Of a stretch of DNA of 64,000 nucleotides, positions 26,326 to 38,100 are shown piece after piece. Location of the stretch: assembly GCA_013265495.1 (NCBI GenBank), contig MU058584.1:3104508-3168507 (forward strand). Direction: 5' to 3'. The position numbers and the translations under genes are program-made. Positions within the stretch are counted from its first letter, which is position 1, and each line of letters starts with the position of its first letter. This stretch comes from Vicugna vicugna (taxonomy: Eukaryota). The notes beneath the pieces are model-generated. The model saw only the letters and a program-made list of their open reading frames with translations, did no database searches and was not told the origin of the DNA.

Positions 26326-26631
26326 CAAGCATTTCTCATGGTGAGCTCCACAGAACATTAGTTCTGCCCTTTGGTACAGGTATACAGAAAAAAAAAAAAG
26401 GATTCTGTGCTTTGTTAAGTTGGTAAAACACTGGTTTAAACAAACATAAGTAAGTTTCTTTACTGCAGTATTTCTCATAGTGTTTAATACGCTAATGCAC
26501 ATTATGATTCCCTCCAGAAGTTAAAGTGGGAATAAACTGTAGTACTTGGGTTTTTCCAAACTTATTTGTTCCCAATACCTTTTGTTCTGCCCAGAACCAC
26601 TGCTCCAAGGCACATATTTTGGGAAACACTG
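26326..26631. mobile_element. hAT-Charlie-type MITE
   Basis: Termini caagcatttctc / gggaaacactg (CAGTGTTTCCC-like terminal inverted repeat); flanks resemble the Charlie TAGA target. Confidence 0.6.
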
Positions 26632-26799
26632 CTTTAGGGTGCTCAACAAAGAGTTCTTTTCATAGTAATGGGTACAAAGGACTCTACCTTCTTATCACAG
26701 GATTTATCAATATCTCAAGACACCCTGCTCATTGCACATCGTTTTTGAGCCAGATTTAGAATATTGAAGATATAGAGTTTTCAAATATTAAACTAACCA

Positions 26800-27130
26800 T
26801 ATATTTTTTAAATAAACAAAACTTGTTAATGATGGATTATCTTTTTTAAGTATTGATGGATTTGGTTTGTTAACATTGTGCCTGTGTTCAGGGTTTTTAC
26901 ATATTATGCTTCAAAGAGAAACTAACATTTCATTTTCCAGTCTTGTAATATGTTGCCAGGTTTTGGTGTTATAGTCCTGCTGGCCTCATGAAATGAGTTG
27001 TGAAGTGTTCCATCTTTTTTGTTCTCTCTGGTAGAGTTTGTGACATCTTGGTATTAACTCTCCTTTGAATGTTCGGTAGAAGTCACTGGTGAATGGATCA
27101 GAGCCTGGAATTTTATTTTGTTGTGTTTTA
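26800..27130 (-). mobile_element. LINE1 ORF2 fragment
   Basis: ttttggtgttatagtcctgctggcctcatgaaatgagttgtgaagtgttcc. Confidence 0.7.
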
Positions 27131-28656
27131 TTTCATTGGACAGTTTCCAATTTTGTAAGAGAATCTCAGTTCTGCAGAAGGAGTCAGACCCCATTCAGTG
27201 TAGAGGATACAGCCCCAAGGCCTCACCGGCAATAAATAGTGGACTTATTTGGGTGAAAGGGAAAATGCTTTAAGCAGCTCTGCCAGCTTGATGATGAGGT
27301 TCTGGTTCAGAGCAAGTGGTAAAGCAGCCAGAGATTTAACAGGGCAATCCTGGAAATGAGACAAGGATAGGATAGCTGAGATAAGCTTGTCATATATCCT
27401 TGGCTCACTGGAACACTACACATGGACAGAGGAGACCCAAGAGATCTCGGAGAGCCTAGCAAAAAGTGAAAGATGAGGGAGACCTGAGGACTGGCTGAAG
27501 CTTTGAAGGCATTCCCCAATCTATACACAAATCAATCAGCAGAGGGTGGGAGCCTAATTGACTCAAGATATTTGAGCACAATCTCTGCCCAAAATATTGG
27601 CTGACCACTAAGCTATGCAGTCACAGAACCAATACCTAGGGAGCCAGACCAAGCCAACACAACAAACTAACAAACTAAAATAAAAGAGCAGAGACATCAG
27701 TGGCTGCACATGAGGGAGACACATTTGGCAGTTTAAATCTAAGCATGTTATAAAACAAAACCCCCAACAACTAGCATTTTTATAAAATGGAATTCAGAGT
27801 TTCTATATTATCTAAAATGTCTAGTTTTTTATAAAAAATTACTAGGCATAAAAAAAATTACTAGACATGCAAAAAAAAAAAAAAAAAACCACAGGAAAGT
27901 TCTATCCGTATCCAGGGGGAAAAAAGCTATTAGAAGAAACTGACTGTGAGTGGAACCAGCTTTTAGCTTTGGCAGGCAAGCACTCCAAACCAGCTATTAC
28001 AAACATGTTCAAATAATTTCAGAAATGCTAACAATAAACCAACAAAAAGGGACTCCAAATAGGGTAATAGTATAAAAGAGAACCAAATGGAATTTCTAGA
28101 GTTGAAAAGTGTAATAACTCAAAAGAAAAATTCACTAGATGATCTCAACAGCAGATTTGAGATGACAGAAGAAATAATTGGTGAATTTGAAGATAGACTA
28201 CTAGAAATTATCCACTCCAAAGAACATAAGGGAAAAAAAATAAAGAAAAATAAACAGGGCCTTGGAAACCTTGGAGTCAAGCATTCCAACTTAAATGTAA
28301 TGGGAGTCCCAGAATGGGAGAGAGAAAGGAGTAGAAAAAAAATATTTCAAGAAATAACCGCTGAAAACTTCCAAAATTTAATGAAAAACTTTAACTTACA
28401 GACCCAAAAGCACAATGAAATTTGAATAGGATAAACAAAAAGAGAACCACACCTAGACCCAATGAGGCAAATTTCTGAAAGCCAGAGTGAAAGAAAAAAA
28501 ATCCTGAAAGTAGCAAGAGAAAATGAGTTATCACATATCGATGGAAAACAATTAACAACTAACTTTTCATTAGAACCAATGTGGGCCAGAAAGACAGTGG
28601 AATGACATATTCAAAGGACTAGGGAAAAAAATACCAACCTCTTAACCAAGAATTCT

Positions 28657-28797
28657 TTTTTGTTGTTGTTAAAAGAATTTGGGGGTGGGGGTGGGGATTA
28701 GGTTATTTATTTATTTTTAACGGAGGTACTGGAAGTTGAAGCCAGGACCTCATGCATGCTGTGCATGTGCTCTACCACTGAGCTATACCCTCCCTGA
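28657..28797 (-). mobile_element. tRNA-Ala-derived SINE nested in L1
   Basis: ctctaccactgagctataccc; TSD cttaa(c/a)caagaattct. Confidence 0.9.
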
Positions 28798-29098
28798 CTT
28801 AAACAAGAATTCTATATCCAGTAAAACCTTTCTTTAAAAGGGAAATTCAAATGAAGACATTACCAGATAAGCAAAACTGAAAAAACATGTTACTGGAAGA
28901 CTTATTATACTGTTAGATCTACTATGGATTGTCAGGCTGTATAAAAAAGCAAGATCCAACTATATCCTGCCCCTAAGACACTTGAGATTCATAGACATAA
29001 ATAGGTTAAAATTAAAAGATGGAAAACGATACATCATGCAAACAGTAATCGTAAAAGAGCTGGAGTGGCTTATTAGTATCAGACAAAATAGGCTTTAG

Positions 29099-29682
29099 TG
29101 AAGTGGAGCAGGGCCCTGTGGGGTCCTCCTGGGTACAAATACTTTCTGTGCCCCCCATTTCTTGTGTGTAGGAAATAGGTTTCATTCATTCAGCCTCCTT
29201 GATGTTCCCTGAGTTTCACAGGGCAGATTCAAACAGTTGTTAGTCAGGGAAGGGAGGGGATGCAGAGACGAGGAAGGAACAGTCAAGAAGCAACAGTGCA
29301 GCGATCAAGCAGTGTCCTGGTTCCCCCTCAAGGAACAGACATAATAATACCTTTGAGTTATTTGCCAAGGAACCAAGGCCCTCACTGAGGCTGAGCATAA
29401 GGTTACTGGAACATCACCCTGTTACTTCACCGCCAATCAACTAGAAGAATGTCTGCATGCAGGTGAAAATAATGAAGACTCTGACCCCCTCCCACAATGA
29501 TTCTCCCTCTAAAAACTTTTATGGTTGAGCAGAATTGTCAGAGTTGTTTTTTTGGACACGAGTCTGCCTTCTCCCCAGGTTGCCGGCCTCCTGAGTGAAG
29601 CAACTTTTCCTTTTCCAATCAACACTTGTCTCTTGAGTACTGGCTTTCGAGCAGCAAGCAGCCAAGCCTGAGCTCAGTAACA
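29099..29682 (+). mobile_element. Solo ERV LTR (ERV1-like)
   Basis: TG...CA termini, 4-bp TSD TTAG, cleanly splits the L1 ORF2 sequence. Confidence 0.8.
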
Positions 29683-29940
29683 TTAGGACACAGACTATTT
29701 CTAGTGATAAACAGGGACATTTCATAATGAACAAGGATATGTATATGATATACGTCCACATATGTGTTACATACACATAAACATATATAGAGATGGGTAT
29801 GTTATTTATAACCACTCATAAATGTATATATACCTAACAAAAGATCTCCATAATACATGCAGTGAAAAGTGACATAACTGAAATGAAAAATGGATAATTC
29901 AACAATTTTAGTTGGCGATTTCAAGACTTCACTCTCTGTA

Positions 29941-31140
29941 TGTGGTGGCCAGGAGAAATGCCTCAAAGAACTCCACCTGCAAGAGACATGACTGACCAAG
30001 AGCCCCAGCTAGTGTGCTCTGAAATAAACTGCTGCATTTGTTCCCTAACCATGCTTCCCATAGGCGACTGGCAGCCAACTGGAGTACTGAATGTCACTGG
30101 ACTACTAAGGCGGGCCCATCCCTAGGAGAGATGAGGCTCTTCTGATTGTTAACTTCAATGTGAGGACTCCCAACAGCTTGGAAAGACTGAAAGGCTGAAA
30201 TGTTCTTAGTCTGTACTGTGGTCCAGGATGCTTCTGCCCAACCTTCCCTACCGCTCTCCCTCACTCAGGGTCAGGCCTGTGTTGTCATCTGAAAGCTCTT
30301 TCTTCCAAACTTTTTCCAGCTCCTTCTTTCCTCTCACAGCCATTTCCCCTGATAAATCTTTTTGTGTTTAATCTCATCTTGGCAAATACTTCTTAGACGA
30401 CCCAGATGAGCACAAATGGTACCAAGCGTGGTCCAAGAAAACAGTAGGTGAGCCGGTCCTATCGGCTCACCTACTGCTCGGCAGATGAAGAAGATGCCAT
30501 CCTGGTTGGGAAGTGGGACATGGCACAAGGTGGAGGCTCAGTTGCTGAAGATATCACTAGTGGTGGTGACCTGGGAAAATGCCCTGGTGGAGGGAAAAGC
30601 TGTGGCAGATACAATGTTTTAGGCCTTTCAAAAATATGGGGGACCAATGTCTACAAAGAACGGAGTTGGATGGTTGCTGCTAAGCTGTAGTGATACGCTT
30701 CTGTTAGCAAGCAGTTAATGGCTAAGCATGAGAGTCAGGAAACCTCTGGGAGCTTACAAAGAGGCCCTGATCCCTTGTGCAAAGGGGAGGCACATTTGAG
30801 CAGCAGGCTGAAGACCTAATTATTAGAGAGGCTAAGAGCTCATTAGCTGTTTGCATTGGTCAGTCAAGGCAGCAGTATTAGGAAAATGTTAGGGCCTTGG
30901 TGATAAAACCTAGGATCCTAAAATATGGCTGGGGACATCTGAATGGATGCCTTTGAGGATGCTGCCTCTGTGCGCACCATGGCCCTGGACCCTCTGTGCT
31001 TGCAGAGGTGGCCCACAGTCCCTAGGAAGAACTAACACTTCTGCTCTGCTGGTAATAGGTGCTCTCCTCTGAAGCTGCTCTTACCCTCCCCCTCCCCGGC
31101 CACCAGGCTGAGAAGTGAGGCTATGTCAGGCCTGAGTAAA
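29941..31140 (+). mobile_element. ERVL-class LTR16-like LTR (to about 30413) followed by internal sequence
   Basis: LTR end tcttggcaaatacttcttagacgacccagatgagcaca followed by ggtaccaagcgtggtcc internal start. Confidence 0.6.
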
Positions 31141-31579
31141 TTATACTCAAAATTCTACTTGTGTGTGTTTCCTGGAGGAATCTCTTGCTTATTTTAGTTT
31201 TCTTAGTCTTTGACTAAAACTATTTCTGAAACACGAGGTTCCATCCCTCAAAGCCTTAGGCCTCTCTGCCACCAACAACAGCTGCAATTGCATCATGAAG
31301 CAGAACTGAACTCATTTTCTTTCCTAATGACCTGGGGAGAGTTCGCTTTGAGATACCAAAGGAACTTCTCAGCAACATACCATTTGAACCCTGAGCAAAA
31401 ACTCATCTGCTGAATCTGCAGTCTCATTTTGCCTCCAACACCAATTGGCACCTCAGCCCAACAACCTGAGGACAATCAAACCCGCCATCCTTGGCCGAGC
31501 CATCAGATTAAAGGGAGCGCCTCCCCTGAGACTGATGCCATCAGCTGTACCATCCTCTGGTTTTCCTGTTGACAATCAC

Positions 31580-31730
31580 CAGGGCTGGAGCTGGGGTGAG
31601 GCCAGGAAGGTGTTGAGGGCAAACCTGTAAGGAAGACTCCATTTTAAGCACTTGCCCTGTCTGAGAGTCAGAGCCCCCTTGGGTTTTGCACCCTAGAGGT
31701 TTCCCTTGTCTCACCCTAGTCCCAGCTCTG
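31580..31730. mobile_element. MER91-like hAT MITE
   Basis: Terminal inverted repeats cagggctggagctggggtgag / ctcaccctagtcccagctctg. Confidence 0.7.
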
Positions 31731-32459
31731 TACATCACCCACTATAATGCATCCATTATGGTGTAATGGACAGAGCATCAGCCCCAGGGGGGAGGGGGAG
31801 GGGTAGATGTAGCTTATTTACAGAGAAAGCGACCTTGGCGCTAATTGAGAAAGGTGAGGGAAGACACTGCAGAAAAGTGGGCTGGGCTGGGTGGTGGTCT
31901 GGTGATAGGGAAACAGGCAAAGGGTCAGATACAGGTCGGGGATGAGACCTGGGAACAGGAGAAGCTAAATGGCTTAGAAGATGGAGCGTGAAGACAATGG
32001 GGATAGCCAGGAGCTTGCTCTTACTGGGTGCTGGGAGCTGGCTGGACAAGACAACTGATCTCCTGACTTTATTAAGTCTTATTTTCATAGAATCCCATTT
32101 GAAAATCTGGTTATAAGGTAGGGAGAGAAAATCAGAAAATCTCTAGAACTCAAATCTATATGTTAACTTTTTCAAAGTCTGGGAAGATTTCTTGGGGCAT
32201 ATGAGATTTCTGAAACTGGACCAACTACAGTCTAAGGGCCCTTGTATGAATATTATCTTTCTGAGGAAGGGGAAGGGCATGTGGGCAAAAATCAATATAC
32301 TGAATTTAACAAAATTAACAACTTGCATTTGTGTACTGTTTTATAGGTTACAAACTCCTTTGACACTGTCTTTTTAATTCTCAGTCTTTCTCTGTGCCTA
32401 TGCCATTTCTGTTCCCAAGTCTGAAAAATCTTTCTCCTCCTAGATTGCTGGTTGAGAGC

Positions 32460-32670
32460 TATTTTTTAAAAACTCATTTATTGAGATATAATTCATATAC
32501 CATGCAATTCACCAATTTATATGATTCACTAGTTCTTATGCAAAAGTTGTGCCACTATCATGACAATCACTTTCAGAACATTTCCTTTACCCTAAAAAGA
32601 GATCCTGGACCCATTAGCTGCCACTCCCCATTTACCCCCTGACTCCTCCAGCTGTGGGCAACCACAGAAA
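32460..32670 (-). mobile_element. LINE1 3' end remnant
   Basis: ttattgagatataattcatataccatgcaattcacc. Confidence 0.75.
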
Positions 32671-34412
32671 AGTCCCTCCTTTGATTAGTTGTATCTGCAC
32701 ACTCAGGCTAATCTCATTCCCAAATGTTAACTAGACCCGAAGTTGATCAGACATATCTGGATATATATGAACAATTCTCACAGATAACCAAGAAAATGTA
32801 TTTCCTTGAATCTTTTCTAGCTCTGGATTTGTTTTTTTCTCAGTGGGAGGGGAAGGCAGGCAGCTGGAAATCACTTAATCTAGAATCTGCTGTGTAATTG
32901 CTATGTTAGGCTCTAATGTGATCTGAACATCCCTAGCTATGGGATTTGGTGACCAGGCTCCCAAGAGAGGATGACACAGCACAGGGAATAGCACAGGCAG
33001 CCTGCTTGGCTTTATAGAGAGTAAAGATGCAGAAGTCCTTGTCGAGGTCACCAGTGCTGAGAATACCCTTAATAATTTAAATGGACAAGAGGAATTTCCT
33101 TATGTGAGGGTGAGCCAGCTCTAGGGGCAGAAGAGGGAAAAGCCCACTAGTCTACTAGTCTTACTCCTACCTCTCTTCCCTGTGCCCCAACAAAGGCTTC
33201 CTTTCCAGCCCTTTAGATGTCTTTTCCCATAGAACACTTACATAGGGTCTGTAACTGTGCCAAGTACTATTTTAAGTACTTTCAATATAATAATTCATTT
33301 AATACAATAATCCTAGCATGTAACTGCCATTATCATTCCCATTTAACAGATGAGATCCTTGAGCAAGGGAGATTAACTTGCTCCTGGGACTGCCTGTGGA
33401 TGCAGAAATCTGGTTCCAGAGGTGGCACTGCTCTGAGTCATCCGCAGCTACTGCCTTTGTAACCAAGTGCCTAATTGCCCATCTCTGAAAAACCAGTTCA
33501 AGTAAACGTATTAATAAGTCCACATGACGTTAAGTATTATATGAATGTTTCCACAGGAACCTCAACGTTTGGGGTTCCAAACCATGGTTAGAAAGGGCGT
33601 TGATGTTAGGAAGGAGGGCGCCCCTCAGAGGAGACCTTCAAGTTACCCTTCTCTAGGAAGGACTTCAGAGTCGCCTGTTAAGGACGACGGCGTTTGGGGG
33701 TTTCCAAGACAGGAAATATTTAAAGCCAGCGGCTGACATACTATTTTGGCAAACGGGAGGGGAAAAATATCTCATTTTCGGAACGCAAGTTTTTAGCCTG
33801 GATAATGGGTAAATGACATTAACTCTTTGTATCATCTTAACTGTCCAAGTTCGAATTTTGCCTCTGAAACCTGGGGGCATCCCCTCCATTACTTGATCTG
33901 CACTTTTAGCCTTTTAACCGTTTTGAAATGGGTGGTAGCATACCAAATTAAAACGCAGCTGGCTCCTTTTTCTTTGCCTCGGTCCGCCGCAGATGGTCCG
34001 GGAAAGGGTTAACCGGGCGGATGGGGAGGAGGGTCGGGCTCACACCTTTCCCAGAGACCTCGGGCGGCGGCGGCGGGGCCCGGGAGGGGCGGAGGCTGGG
34101 GCCAGACGCCTCGCCGCCTCTGCCTCGGCGAATAGCAGCGCGCTGCCCGCCCGGATTGGAGCAGCAGCATCACGCTGACCTCTGCCTGGGATGTAAACCG
34201 GCGCCGGCTGCTGCGGGCAGAGGAAGGCTCTCGGCTCCTCCGGGGAAGCCAGCCCCAGCACCGGGCTCCAAGCGGCGCGCAGGGAGCGGCGGCAGCCTTG
34301 ACCTGGGCAGCGCCCAGCGGCGGCTGCGGGAAGCGGAGCGAGCCCGGCGCGGGAGCGGGCGTGGAGCGTGCGTCCGCTCGCACCGGCAGCGGGAGGAGGG
34401 GCGGCGCGAGCC

Positions 34413-34511
34413 ATGGCCGGGGACAGCGAGCAGACCCTGCAGAACCACCAGCAGCCCAACGGCGGCGAGCCCTTCCTTATCGGCGTCAGCGGGGGCACGG
34501 CCAGCGGCAAG
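34413..34511 (+). CDS. UCK2: UCK2 (uridine-cytidine kinase 2) coding exon 1 ([33 protein letters not shown])
   Basis: Kozak gccATGG; peptide matches the UCK2 N-terminus including the P-loop GGTASGK; GT donor at 34512, phase 0; exon 2 not seen in the window. Confidence 0.98.
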
Positions 34512-35162
34512 GTACGGCGGGGCCCGGGGACCGCGCTCTCTTGCCCTCCGCTCGCCCCCCGGGCCCGGGCCCGGCGGCGGCGCATGTGGCCGACGGCCGC
34601 GGGCCGTGTCAGTGGCTGCAGCCACCGCGTGGCCCGCGCGCCTCCGCTCCTGGCCGCGTGCCAGCGCCGAGTCTTCCCCGCGCGGACTCCGGGCGCCGCG
34701 GCGGGGGCCGGAGGGCGGGGACTCGGGCCAACGAGGTTCCGGGGTACCCTGGCCACCGATCACGGGGCTGGCCCCCTCCCTCTCGTTTTTCCCCCCCGCG
34801 GCAGTAACTCGTGGCCGGGGTCCTATGGGGGAGGGGCAGAGAAAGCGGATGCTTATTGTTTTGCCAGTCAGACGTGGGAAAGAGGGCTTTAAGCAGGGTC
34901 CTCCAAGAGCCCCCGATACCCCCGTCTTCCCCCCCGGCGTGGCGCTGATGTGCTCGCCCAGCAGCGCAGCCCGGGTGCCAAGGGCGGAGCGAGCCGGCTA
35001 GCCCGACCGCGAGGGCTGCGAGAACGCGCGAGGCGGCGTCCCGGGGAAGGGGAGCCCCACTTGGGCTGGACGCGGGAGCTGGGGATTGCAGGGGTTTCCG
35101 GGTAAAATCCTGAGAGCCAGATGGGCGAGATGACATCAGTGAAATGATCATAGTCGGGGCTT

Positions 35163-35182
35163 TCTCTCTCTCTCTCTCTCTT
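35163..35182. repeat. (TC)n microsatellite
   Basis: Direct reading. Confidence 0.9.
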
Positions 35183-38100
35183 TTTGTTATAAGATGAAAC
35201 GCGGTCCGCTTCAATGAGAAAGTTGTTCTGGCTCCAAGCTCTTCGAGGTCTGGGGCACCCGCGTCTTGGATCCACGGAAAGAGGTCGTCCTCTGGTGTCT
35301 GACTTCTCTAGGATCCTTCCTTCTGTCTGTCTTTTTTCCCCCCCAGTAAGACAAGAGGAGGCTAGGGAAATGCTTTCCTAGCTTTACCCTGGGCTTTTTC
35401 TGCAGGTGGAGAAGGGTGGAGTCCTCCCAGATGTTTCTTTGCTCTCCTGCAGTTAAGATGTGGCTACTTGTTTCCTTTACAGTTTTAACAGTCTCCAGTT
35501 CATTTGGTGCGCGGAACTCCTCCAGGGTAGCTTGCGGGAGATGGGTGCTGCGCTGTAGGTTTGGCGAGGCGGGATGATGCCTCCTAAGGCTGGGGAGAGC
35601 AGAGCAGGAAGGCTGGTTGGCGCCATGAGGAGCGAGCCACGAGGTTTTCACTCCGGAGCCGACTCCGCCGTAGCCCCTCCTCCATTTTGGTTGCACATTT
35701 CCCCCTCCAGGTCTGGACTGCTTTGGCGCATGGGGCCCGGACTCGGCAGCTGGCGCTGGGGAACTTCTTTATTGATTAGTTAATCTCGTCGGTGGCTCCC
35801 AGGAGTAAGAATCTGCCTGTTTTAGGCCCCAGAAGTTTATGTTGAATTTTTTCCCCAGTTGAATGCATTTTTATTTTTAATTTTTTTTTCTTTTGGTAAC
35901 GTTCTCTACGAGTGGTATTACTAGTAAGTCACAGCCAAACCAGGATTCCGCCTCTTTTAGGAAGTTTACCTGTTCTATTATAATTACCGCACCCCCCCCC
36001 ACTCCTTCCATAGCATATTCGTGTTGCGTGGGACCTTTTTTTTTTTTGGTGGTTTTTCAGGGCTGTATTCCCGGAGCTCCTAGCACGATGCGTGGCATAT
36101 AGCTGAGCCCAAATATTAACCTGAGGTCCAGCCCTCCTAGGGGGAAGGAGGCAGATGGGCATAGCATTTGGGAACAAAATGACCTTGGTAATCATCTAAG
36201 TAATTGAGTCACTACAGAGATGGAAACTGAGATCCTAAAAGGTAAAATAACTCCCTTCTCCTCCTTCTCGTGTTCGCCTCAATTATCACTTGTTCTCAGT
36301 CGATAATCACTATAAATTTAAGTGTTATTTAGGTAACGTGTCAAGTAGGAGCTAGTAGTGAGCGGTTAAGGGAGAAGCTAACTCCGCTGTCCCTATTTCT
36401 CAAGGAGGAAGCTACTACCAAAAAAGTGTCTTTTCATGCACTTTTTAAAGCACGTTGTACATCTGGGGCACTTATAAATACTTTGTCATTGTTTAAGATT
36501 ATTTGATAATTGTTTGGTTCCTAAGAAAGCCCAAGGGAGCACTGAATGGACTTCTAAAATTCCGTTCTGTAGTCGGTTTGCTGCAATTATGTCTTGATTC
36601 TATATTTGTCTTTAGGGCCTTTCTTCCGAGGAATGTGAAGTTTTTTTTTTTTCTTTTAAAGGATGGTCAACATCAACAAACTGGACTTTCTTTGAAAGCC
36701 TCAAGCTTGAATGTTCCCACAGTACAGGGGGTCTGGAAGCAAGGTTGATACTTTGCCCCCCTGGGTATTTGCATTGGGCCTGTTAAAGGAATTTGGGAGG
36801 AGGCACAAGGCCTAAGAGCATCATCAGAAATGACAGTTTTACAGCTAGAAGGGACCTCAAAGGCCCTGGATCCCAGCACTGAATCTGATGGCTTGTAGAT
36901 GAGAAAACTAACGAATTCACATCATTCAGTTAGTGGTGGAGCTGGAACTAGCCCTGTGCGGCTCTGTCCTTGCTGTTGCCTTGTTTAAGAATTGATGTTA
37001 AGGTATACGCAGAGAACCAAGTTTACATCTTCAGCGTGGAAGGGGGCTACTTGGAAATGGCTACAGAATGGTGTCAGAGGTACTTGACCCAAAAGCAAAT
37101 GGAAATGCAGATTGCTTTGAACCCAGTGGCCCCATAGTATAGATCTTGAGTGATTTCTCCCCTCCTCCATTCCTTCTTTATAAGAAAAGACAACTCCCTG
37201 TTGAGGTGCTCTTGAGAACTCTGCTTTGTCTCCGTGTTGTGGCTCCCCTGAGTTATAAGCATTTTATCTTAGGCTAAATTGTTTTGGTGCTAGAAGGCAA
37301 ACATAGTGATAACTGGTCTGTATATCACATTTTTTTTTTTAGCTTGTTTTATAAATGAAGATGAATTAGAATTCTAGAGTAAGCTTTGCTAGGCTGCCAT
37401 GGCAAATCATTGTTCAAAACTCATCTTGAAATTGTGGGTTTAGAAAGTAATTCTGATCTGTAGGTTAAAAATCAAGTTCTCGTATTTCCTCCTGAAGGCC
37501 AGGTCTAGAGAGAGCCAGAAGTAACAGGGAAAAGCAACTAGTTTAAACTTCTTTACCTGCGTAAATATCCGTGGCTTTAGGTGCCATTCCCTCTTTATTT
37601 TTGCTGTTTCTGCCCTTGTGACTTCTTCTTTGGCCAATTGAAATAGCTTCTCAATCTGCTCCTTCCCCCTGCCTGCAGAATGGGTTCTCCTAACAGCTCT
37701 GACTGTGTCACTGTCTTTGGAAACCTTTAACGCCTCTCCATTGCCCAGACTACAGGTCAGATATTTCAGCACAGTGCAAATCCCCCCGGCCCCCAAATGC
37801 GGTCCCAGACTGTTTATTTTTCCACGCTTGTCCCCTTCCCCGACCCCCCAGTGCACACAGACAACATCTGTGGAACTGCTTTCACTTATGCTTTTGCTTC
37901 TGGTCTTCTCTCTAATCCTTTTAGGCCTTCAGTTCTGTCAGTCCTTCCCCGAGGGAACTTTGTTATCCATTTCCTTAATCAGAATTATTTTTTTGTCTCT
38001 AACATCCATCCTTTCACTGCGTTTTGCGTGGTGCCAGGGTTATTGGTTGACTGCCTCGCCCACTATGATAAAAGTTCTGTAAGAGCGTGTCCTTATTTCT

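Larger units (their letters stand above)
27330..29940 (+). mobile_element. LINE1 5' region, ORF1 and start of ORF2, interrupted by a SINE and an LTR
   Basis: ORF1-like MEFLELKS..LNSRFEMTEE..GVPE..AENFQNL; endonuclease start KRAGVA..SDKI. Confidence 0.85.
33950..35780. promoter_or_regulatory. UCK2 CpG island / promoter
   Basis: Very GC- and CpG-rich, GC boxes (GGGGCGG at about 34086), spans the 5'UTR, exon 1 and the start of intron 1. Confidence 0.9.

Noticed and set aside
34009..35275. Multiple long overlapping ORFs (up to 326 aa)
   Set aside because: Stop-poor GC-rich CpG island; only 34413-34511 matches a real protein
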